Shown: positions 37,915-46,100 of the stretch, piece by piece
Layout of the letters: the number at the start of each line of letters is the position of its first letter
Position numbering within the stretch: position 1 is the stretch's first letter
Program-made: the position numbers and the translations under genes
Source: Bacteroidota bacterium
GTDB taxonomy: Bacteria; Bacteroidota; Bacteroidia; AKYH767-A; OLB10
DNA: 48,211 bases
Direction: 5' to 3'
Assembly: GCA_043758125.1 (NCBI GenBank)
Contig: JAYVOC010000246.1
Location: forward strand, 1 to 48,211
Notes under the pieces: model-generated
What the model was told of the DNA's origin: nothing
Databases searched by the model: none
What the model saw: the letters and a program-made list of their open reading frames with translations, nothing else

Positions 37915-39030
37915 TTGCCTGCAGTTCTTGTCAAAGAAGAAATCATACTATTAATGATCCCCTCAAATCGACTAAAGGAAATTGATTTTTTACGTGGAAT
38001 CGCTGTGATGTTAGTGCTATTTCGTCATTTTCCTTTTTCATACTATACAATTACAATGGGCTGGATTGGGGTCGACCTTTTTTTCGTGCTTAGTGGTTTT
38101 TTAGTTTCTGGACTATTATTCGCAGAATATCAAAAATTCGGAGAATTAAAAATAGGGCTATTTCTTATTCGAAGGGGGTTTAAAATTTACCCACTATTCT
38201 ATTGCTTTATTCTGTTCACAATAAGTTACAAAATAATTGTAGGAATTACAATCCCACAAAACCAGATGCTCGGTGAACTTTTTTTTCTTCAAAATTATTT
38301 AGGTAGGTTATGGAATCATACGTGGTCACTTGCGGTAGAAGAACACTTTTACTTTTTCCTTTCCTTCCTTCTGTATGTGTTAGCACGTAAAAACCTTATT
38401 GAGCGACAAAAAATATTTTACATTATCACTGCAATTATTCTTATAGGATGTTTAACACTTCGATTAATTGCAAACATTAATCATCCTGAAAATGAGAATT
38501 TTTTTGAATCACATTTACGTTTTGATTCATTATTTGCAGGTGTCTTAATCTCCTACTTATTTCATTTTAATAAAGATAGTCTTTATCAATTCTCTAATAA
38601 GTTTGGGAAATACTTTATTATACTTATGCCTCTACTTATCTCCTTCACTCCTTTTATTGTACCAGAGCAATCATTTTTTATAAGAACAATAGGTTTCACT
38701 TTTTTATATATCGCTTTTGGTCTTGCATTGATATTGACAATTACGACAAATGATGTTGGCAATAAAATTGGCAAGATAATAAGTAAGCCACTATTTGAAT
38801 CTATAAGGAAAATTGGATATTATTCCTACTCTATATATATCATTCACATTGCGATTGCAATGGCGGTAAAGAAATTTGAAACTTATTGCGAAATGGATTC
38901 CCACTTGTATTTTATCATCTACTTTTGTGGTAGCATCATTGCAGGAATATTAATTTCAAAGTTGATTGAGATTCCATTTCTAAAAATGAGAGATCGCTTT
39001 TTCCCTAAACGAACCGCTGATTTAATCTAA
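37915..39030 (+). CDS. Acyltransferase family 3 (O-acyltransferase)
   Basis: IDFLRGIAVMLVLFRHF, GVDLFFVLSGFLVSG, WSLAVEEHFYF, about 10 TM helices. The track start is TTG. ATG 37954 (MIPSNRLKEIDFLRG) is more likely. Confidence 0.85.
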   Translation: MPAVLVKEEIILLMIPSNRLKEIDFLRGIAVMLVLFRHFPFSYYTITMGWIGVDLFFVLSGFLVSGLLFAEYQKFGELKIGLFLIRRGFKIYPLFYCFILFTISYKIIVGITIPQNQMLGELFFLQNYLGRLWNHTWSLAVEEHFYFFLSFLLYVLARKNLIERQKIFYIITAIILIGCLTLRLIANINHPENENFFESHLRFDSLFAGVLISYLFHFNKDSLYQFSNKFGKYFIILMPLLISFTPFIVPEQSFFIRTIGFTFLYIAFGLALILTITTNDVGNKIGKIISKPLFESIRKIGYYSYSIYIIHIAIAMAVKKFETYCEMDSHLYFIIYFCGSIIAGILISKLIEIPFLKMRDRFFPKRTADLI

Positions 39031-39043
39031 AAAATCTGATCCA

Positions 39044-40270
39044 TTGATACTTTTTTTATCCTACGACGGCATGACGGATCCATTGGGTCAGTCGCAAGTA
39101 TTGACTTATTTGTTTGGGTTATCAAATTCTGGCTATAAAATCCATATTATTAGTTTTGAAAAGCCAGAACGCTTTCAGCAATTTGGGGAAAACATTGAAG
39201 AGCAATGTAACCTAAATGGAATTGTTTGGCATCCTTTACCATATACAAAAAAACCTCCTGTAATTAGTACGCTTTTCGATCTCTACAAGCTATTCATTAC
39301 AGCGAAGAAATTAAATAACGTATTTCATTTTAAATTATTTCATTGTAGAAGCCAATTAACAGCAATGATTGGAATGAAGTTAGCAATGAATTCTGGAGCA
39401 AAATTTATTTTTGATATGCGAGGCTTTTGGGTTGATGAGCGTGTTGAAGGAAATATTTGGAATTTATCCAATCCAATTTTTAAAATAATTTACCGTTATC
39501 TTAAGAGAAAAGAAAAAGAAATATTTCTCCATGCAGATGCTGTTGTATCTTTAACGTATAAAGCGTTACCATTAATTAAAAACATTCAAGGCAAACCTTT
39601 GAATAATCAATTAATAAAAGTAATCCCTTGTTGTGCTGATATTGATTTTTTTGATCCTCGAAATATTTCTAATGAGATGAAAACAACATTTCGTAAGGAG
39701 CTAAATATTCCAGAAGAAGCTTTTGTATTAACTTACTTAGGAGGAATTGGTACGTGGTATCTTTGTGCAGAAATGCTTGATTTTTTTAATCGAGTATTGA
39801 TAAAATTTCCAGACGCTCGTTTTCTTTTTATCACTCAAGAAGAACCAGAAATGATTCTAAAACTTGTTGAAGAACGAAATATTCCTTCCTCAAAAATAAT
39901 TATAAAATCAGCTCAGCGAAAAGATGTACCATCATTATTAAGTTTAAGTTCTGCTTCTGTTTTTTTTATCAAGGCATCGTTTTCAAAACAAGCAAGTTCT
40001 CCCACCAAACATGGTGAACTTATGAGCATGGGAATTCCATTAGTTTGCAATAAAGGAATAGGTGATACAGACCAAATAATTCGAGATAGCGATACCGGCG
40101 TTGTTTGTGATGCATTTACTACACAAGCTTATGATGAGGCCATATCAAATTTAAGAAAGAGTATTAGTGATGAACAAAAAAATCATATCAGAGAAACTGC
40201 TAAAAAATATTTTTCTTTAAAAGAAGGTGTATTATCCTATACAAAACTATATCAAGAACTTTTACATTAA
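39044..40270 (+). CDS. Glycosyltransferase family 4 (GT-B)
   Basis: ILFLSYDGMTDPLGQSQVLTYL N-terminus and C-terminal SSPTKHGELMSMGIPLVCNKGIGD. TTG start. Confidence 0.8.
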   Translation: MILFLSYDGMTDPLGQSQVLTYLFGLSNSGYKIHIISFEKPERFQQFGENIEEQCNLNGIVWHPLPYTKKPPVISTLFDLYKLFITAKKLNNVFHFKLFHCRSQLTAMIGMKLAMNSGAKFIFDMRGFWVDERVEGNIWNLSNPIFKIIYRYLKRKEKEIFLHADAVVSLTYKALPLIKNIQGKPLNNQLIKVIPCCADIDFFDPRNISNEMKTTFRKELNIPEEAFVLTYLGGIGTWYLCAEMLDFFNRVLIKFPDARFLFITQEEPEMILKLVEERNIPSSKIIIKSAQRKDVPSLLSLSSASVFFIKASFSKQASSPTKHGELMSMGIPLVCNKGIGDTDQIIRDSDTGVVCDAFTTQAYDEAISNLRKSISDEQKNHIRETAKKYFSLKEGVLSYTKLYQELLH

Positions 40271-40842
40271 GAATGATGGTATGGTTCATTCTTCAAGATC
40301 GTCATTGCACGATATAATTGTTCCACAAAAATTACCCGTACCATTTGATGTGTGAATGTCATCGAAGATAAAGCTATTGATTCCTTTGAACGTTGGCGTA
40401 AAGTTTCATGGAATCCGTAAGCACCACCAACAACAAAAATTAAATCACCTGAAATATTTGTAAATTTTTTATTCATCCAAGAGGCAAATTCTTCGGAATT
40501 GAAACTCTTGCCTTTTTCATCTAATAGCACCACATAATCGGTTGGTTTTATTTGGCCCATGACCTTTTCAGCTTCAGCTAATTGTGCCTGCTCCTTGCTT
40601 TTCCCTTTAGCACTAGGTACATCGAGTTCCTTATTCTCGAATGAAATATACCTATTTAACCTCTCAGAATACAAATTAATCCCAGTTTTAAGCCAGGAAT
40701 CTTCTGTACGATATAACTGCACAAATTTGACTTTCAAAGTTTTATTATTTAATTGATGAATTGTTAATAATGTACGAAGATAACACGCAAATCTGAGAGC
40801 AGAAGGGCTTATAATTGTATAAAATTGAAAAATGGAAAACAC
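40267..40842 (-). CDS. rlmH: 23S rRNA (pseudouridine1915-N3)-methyltransferase RlmH
   Basis: VVGGAYGF and SSMTFTHQMVRVIFVEQLYRA. The true start is probably TTG 40737 ((M)KVKFVQL), giving the usual length of about 156 aa. The upstream 35 aa of the ORF look like non-coding read-through. Confidence 0.85.
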   Translation of the reverse strand: MFSIFQFYTIISPSALRFACYLRTLLTIHQLNNKTLKVKFVQLYRTEDSWLKTGINLYSERLNRYISFENKELDVPSAKGKSKEQAQLAEAEKVMGQIKPTDYVVLLDEKGKSFNSEEFASWMNKKFTNISGDLIFVVGGAYGFHETLRQRSKESIALSSMTFTHQMVRVIFVEQLYRAMTILKNEPYHHS

Positions 40843-40875
40843 TCTCTCTTCAAAACGAAAGTCTTGGCTTGATTT

Positions 40876-41298
40876 TTGAAAAAATTTAAGACTTTACTAC
40901 AAACCATGAAAACCATCCTTACTACACTTTCGTTCTTCGTTTTAACAACGATTACGTCATTTGCTTCACTTGATATTTTCGATGAAATTGGGAATTCAAT
41001 TAGATCAGGGGATGCCCATTCAATTTCACTTTATTTCGGCAATACTGTTGATCTGACAATTGTTAACCAAGAAGAAGTTTACAGTAAAGTTCAAGCTGAG
41101 CAGATTTTAAGAGATTTTTTCAGTAAAAACACTCCAAAAACATTTAATATAATCCATAAAGGAGAATCAAAAGAGGGAGCCCGATATGCAATAGGTAGTT
41201 TGGTCACTAGTCAAGGAGTTACTTACCGTACTTATTTTTATGTGAAACAGCAAGGCACGACTTCAATAATTCAAGAATTAAGATTTATGAAAGAATAA
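40876..41298 (+). CDS. DUF4783 domain-containing secreted protein
   Basis: Signal peptide MKTILTTLSFFVLTTITSFA (the in-frame ATG downstream of the TTG is likely the true start), then QAEQILRDFFSKNTPKTFNIIHKGESKEGARYAIGSL. Confidence 0.7.
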   Translation: MKKFKTLLQTMKTILTTLSFFVLTTITSFASLDIFDEIGNSIRSGDAHSISLYFGNTVDLTIVNQEEVYSKVQAEQILRDFFSKNTPKTFNIIHKGESKEGARYAIGSLVTSQGVTYRTYFYVKQQGTTSIIQELRFMKE

Positions 41299-41327
41299 TA
41301 ATTTGCATAAAAAAAAAATTTATCAAC

Positions 41328-41359
41328 AAAGGATCTACAAAATGAGATCCTTTTTTTTT
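41328..41359 (+). terminator. Rho-independent terminator
   Basis: Perfect 9-bp stem AAAGGATCT / AGATCCTTT, 8-nt loop ACAAAATG, then a T-run. It sits 30 nt after the DUF4783 stop. Confidence 0.75.
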
Positions 41360-41391
41360 GCCCTATAAAATTCTCTGAAGAATTAGCAACT

Positions 41392-42237
41392 TTGCAGCAT
41401 TATATGGAACTACGAGATTTTATAAGGGCGGCACTTAGCGAAGATCTTGGTAACGGAGATCATACCTCACTTGCCACGATTCCCAAAAACAAGATAGGAC
41501 AAGCACATCTACTTGTAAAGGATGAAGGAATTATTGCGGGTTTAGAACTTTCACAACAAATATTTAATGAAATAGACAACTCCTTAATTCAAAATATTAC
41601 AGCCATAGATGGTCAATTTGTACATTATGGAGATATACTTTTTACTGTAAGTGGAAGTGTTAGGAGCATCTTAACGGCTGAACGATTAGTATTAAATTGT
41701 ATGCAGCGAATGAGTGGAATTGCAACTACAACAAATAAATATGTGAAGGCAGTTGAAGAATATGGAACAAAGATTCTCGATACACGCAAAACAACTCCAT
41801 TAATGCGTTACTTGGAAAAGTGGGCCGTGAGGATTGGAGGTGGGCAAAATCATCGCTTTGGTTTATTCGATATGATATTAATAAAAGATAATCATGTAGA
41901 TAGTGCTGGTGGAATTGAACAAGCATTACAAAGTGCAAAAAAATATTTAATTGAAAATGATTTATCAATACCAATAGAAATAGAAACAAGGAATATTGAC
42001 GAAGTTCAACAAGCTTTAAATGCTGAAATTGCTGATCGCATAATGCTTGACAACTTCACTCCTCCCCTATTAAAAGAAGCTATTAATTTTATAAACAATA
42101 AAGTTGTAACGGAAGCTTCTGGCGGAATTACTCTCGATAACATTAAAGCTTATGCAGCGACAGGAGTAGATTATATTTCGGTTGGTGCTTTAACTCATTC
42201 AGTGAAAAGTTTGGATTTAAGTCTTAAAATATTTTAA
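41392..42237 (+). CDS. nadC: Nicotinate-nucleotide pyrophosphorylase (carboxylating)
   Basis: LSEDLGNGDHTS, ERLVLNCMQRMSGIAT, LDTRKTTPLMR, HRFGLFDMILIKDNH, IMLDNF. The probable start is ATG 41404 (MELRDF). Confidence 0.9.
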   Translation: MQHYMELRDFIRAALSEDLGNGDHTSLATIPKNKIGQAHLLVKDEGIIAGLELSQQIFNEIDNSLIQNITAIDGQFVHYGDILFTVSGSVRSILTAERLVLNCMQRMSGIATTTNKYVKAVEEYGTKILDTRKTTPLMRYLEKWAVRIGGGQNHRFGLFDMILIKDNHVDSAGGIEQALQSAKKYLIENDLSIPIEIETRNIDEVQQALNAEIADRIMLDNFTPPLLKEAINFINNKVVTEASGGITLDNIKAYAATGVDYISVGALTHSVKSLDLSLKIF

Positions 42238-42246
42238 AAATTAACT

Positions 42247-43191
42247 GTGAGTAAGCTAAAAAATTTTCTTTTAAATAACTGGCCAGTAAAACCATTAATA
42301 GATCTTTCGAAGAAACTTCGATTACCAGGTTTTGATGGTATACCACTTTATTATGTCACAGATTTTTTTTCACAACGAATGAATGAGGGTGACATTCAAA
42401 CTAGGGCTCGTTCGATGGCCTTTAGTTTTTTTCTTGCACTTTTCCCTGCTATAATTTTTATATTTACATTAATACCATATATCCCAATTCAAGATTTTCA
42501 AGACCAGTTATTAAGTTTGATACAGTCTTTTTTACCATCGAGTACTTATGATGCAGCTCAAACTACTATTGAGGATATTGTAAAACATCAACGAGGAGGA
42601 TTATTATCGTTTGGATTTTTATTCGCTCTTTACATTTCAGCGGATGGCATTCTTGCTTTGATGAAATGGTTTAATACAAGTTATCATGGAGAACAAAAGC
42701 GCTCTGGTTGGCGGATGCGATTAATGTCGATTGGATTAACTATTACACTTGCTTTTTTTGTGATTATGTCGATTGCTTTAATCCTATCAAGTGAAATGGT
42801 ATATCATTATTTATCGAAGCATCATATACTAACAAATCATATGCATGTATTTATTTTGCAAAGTATAAAATGGATCATATTATTAGTACTTTGTTTTTCG
42901 GCGATATCTATGCTTTATTATTTTGGCCCATCGAAGGTAGATCAACTACGATTTATTTCTGCCGGATCTTCGTTGGCTACTTTATTGATTGTAGTTACCT
43001 CACTTGCTTTTAATTTTTTTATCACACACTTTGCGCAATACAATAAAATTTATGGTTCCATAGGAACCCTGATAATAATTCTTATTTGGCTTTATATAAA
43101 CTCTTTGGTATTATTAATTGGATATGAGTTAAACATATCTATTCAGAAGGCAAAGAAGCATAAAATTATTTCTCTTCCCATTGAACAGTAG
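42247..43191 (+). CDS. YihY/BrkB family membrane protein
   Basis: RARSMAFSFFLALFPAIIF, GGLLSFGFLFALYISADG, YGSIGTLIIILIWLYINSLVLLIGYELN. GTG start. Confidence 0.85.
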   Translation: MSKLKNFLLNNWPVKPLIDLSKKLRLPGFDGIPLYYVTDFFSQRMNEGDIQTRARSMAFSFFLALFPAIIFIFTLIPYIPIQDFQDQLLSLIQSFLPSSTYDAAQTTIEDIVKHQRGGLLSFGFLFALYISADGILALMKWFNTSYHGEQKRSGWRMRLMSIGLTITLAFFVIMSIALILSSEMVYHYLSKHHILTNHMHVFILQSIKWIILLVLCFSAISMLYYFGPSKVDQLRFISAGSSLATLLIVVTSLAFNFFITHFAQYNKIYGSIGTLIIILIWLYINSLVLLIGYELNISIQKAKKHKIISLPIEQ

Positions 43192-46100
43192 TGCCATCTA
43201 TTGTTTGAATTTCTTCCCAAACATTATTGACATTTAATTTTTCAATTACGTATCTGTCAACGCCTGAATTCCAATCGAAATATTTTGTCCATTTTAAAAT
43301 ATTACTTAAATCATTTTGTTGGATTTGAAGTAAAATAGACGAATTAATATTACTTGATGCTGTAGCGCTATTGCAAACATTTTGAATTTCTACTTTATAA
43401 TAATATTCCTGTTGACCCACTTCAACATCATAATCAGAAAACTCGTGCATGAGTGCTGGAACAGAGGCTAAGAATTTAAAATTCTGTTTATCAGTTGATC
43501 TAAAAATATTATATCGTTCAACTAAATCAGGGTGCAATATTGGTGTCTTCCATTCAGTGAGAACGAAATGATTATCAACAACAGTACTTCTAATTACATC
43601 TACGTATTGATTACTAATATCACTTGATGGAGTGGCGTTTGCTGTATCGCTCCACGAATTAAACATAGCATCTTGGCAGATTGCAACAGCGCTAATTTTG
43701 TATGAATAAACCATCGGACAATACGTTGTTGTATCTGTAAATTGATGTGTGTTTGTATCAACAGATGCAACAATCTGATAAGGGCCTGCTAAATTCTCTT
43801 GGCGATAGATATCATATCTGTTAAATTCGCAACCCAAGTAGGGTGTCCAATTAAGATTTACCTTCAACGTATCAGCTTGGGCTTCTACATTCATTGTGGT
43901 GTGTTCTTTAAGTGCAGTAATAGGTTCATGGTGTAAACAGAAATCAAATGCTGCAACTTTATAAGTATAAGTATTAGTTAGTGTAGATACATTATAATCT
44001 TTGTAAACTGGTATATTATTGATGATAGCTACATTGTTTTGAAATATTTGTGCTATACTATCATAACTAGAAGTTACATTATTATAACGATAAACAATAT
44101 AATAATTCATATCTCGTAAGTTGCAGAGATGCCAATTTAATTCCACTTCGTGATCGTCATTTACTGTTACTCTATATAGACTTGTTGGTGGTGGTGGAAT
44201 AGTATCGAAAACTGTTATTAAATTAGGCCAAGCAAATGTTGAAGAGCAACCACCTTCATTCGTAACAATAAGTGTTATTGAGTATACACCATCTGCATTA
44301 AAAATATATAAAGGATTTTCCAAATTGGATGTATCACCGTTACCAAAGTCCCAATGAAAGTTAGGATTATAAAGTTCTTCAGAAGTATTTATAAACTGAA
44401 CATTTACTGGACTACAACCTTGCGTAACATCTGATAAAAAACCTGCAATAGGTTGATTATTCACAATAATATTTTGTGCAAAGACAAAAGTATCTGCACA
44501 CCCATAATTATTTTTTGATATTAGTTTTATCGAATAACTTCCTCCTTGCAAATAAGTATAGGTAGGATTATTTCCATAAATTATATTGCCGTCACCCATT
44601 ATCCAAATTGAGCTATCAGCAATAGATCCTGAATTATCTAAATGAACAGTAAAAGGTGTGCAACCAACGAGATCGCTCGTTGTAAAATTCGCAGAAATTA
44701 ATGGCGAAACTAAAATTGGCTGTGGCATCGTATAAATTGTTGAACAACCAGTTGAGTCTATTGTATATAATGATACAGTATAACTACCAGAATCAGGATA
44801 TATATGAACTGGATTAATAGAATTGTCAGTTGTTCCATCTCCAAAGTTCCAATTCCATCCTATAGCACCTTGAGAGGAATCGGTAAATGCGATTGCAAGA
44901 GGTGCGCATCCAAAATGAGTTGATACATTAAAGTATGGAATAGATCCTCGAACAGTAATGAATTGTGTTTTCACTATCGTATCTGCACATCCAAATTGAT
45001 TTTTACTTATAAGCATTACAGTATAAATTCCGGGAGCAGAATAAACATGCGAAGGATTTTGCAAACTAGAATTACTTCCATCACCGAAATCCCAAATCCA
45101 GTTGTTAGTACTTTGTGATTGGTCAGTGAAATTTACTATTAAAGGAACGCATCCAGAAGTACTATCAGCAGCGAAATTTGCAGTAGCAGTTCCAACTGCA
45201 ATTAATGAATCAACTTTTAGAGTATCATAACATCCGCTACTTGACTGAACAACTAATTGAATAGAATAAATTCCATCAACTGTATAAGTATGTGATGGAT
45301 TTTTTTGATTAGAAGTAAAGCTATCTCCGAAATCCCATGCCCATGATATTGCATTCGAAGAAGAGTCAATGAATGTTGTAGTAAATGGATTACATCCAGA
45401 TGAATCGTTAAGAATAAAATACGATAACGTTCCATTAAAACTTGGCTTCGATATTGATTTTGAACATTGATTTACATCAGTTACTTTTAAAGTAATTGGA
45501 CCTGATGGAGGTTTTAAATAAGTATGAACTGGATTTTGTAAAGTAGAAGAATCACCATCACCAAAATCCCATTGCCATTTTACTGCATCAGTACTTAAAT
45601 TAGTAAATGTTGCAACTGTTGGAATACAATTTCCAGTATAGGTATAGCTGAAATCTGGTATCAGATCAGCCACATAAACAAGGTTAGGAATTGTTATTGA
45701 TTTACTGCAGATATCTTTATATGCAGTTAAAGTAACATCATGATATCCTAAACTAAAATATGTATGCTGCGGATCTTTTACAGAACTTATTCCACCATCA
45801 CCAAAACTCCAAGACCATGCATCACTATTTGTAGACTTATTCGTAAACTGAACATATACATACTGGCAATTACTAACTGGAGGTGTATAAGTAAATGATG
45901 GTTTCGGATCAAAAATTTGAATCAGATATATCATGTTAAAAGTAGTCGGACAATTATTAATATCCGTTGCAACTAATGTTACTTGAAAAGATAATGAATC
46001 AGTATAAACATGTGTTGCATTTTTTACATTTGAAGTTGATCCGTCGCCAAAACTCCAATCATAAGACGCGTAATTCATATTACCTACGCTAAAACTTATT

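Noticed and set aside
40738-40842. The 35-aa N-terminal extension of the rlmH ORF
   Set aside because: RlmH homologs are about 155 aa, and the conserved (M)KVK.. start is matched by TTG 40737. The extension looks like chance read-through of the upstream spacer.
43166-43191. 26-nt convergent overlap of yihY and the giant PKD gene as a regulatory antisense element
   Set aside because: Short 3'-end overlaps are common in compact genomes and I see no structured element here.
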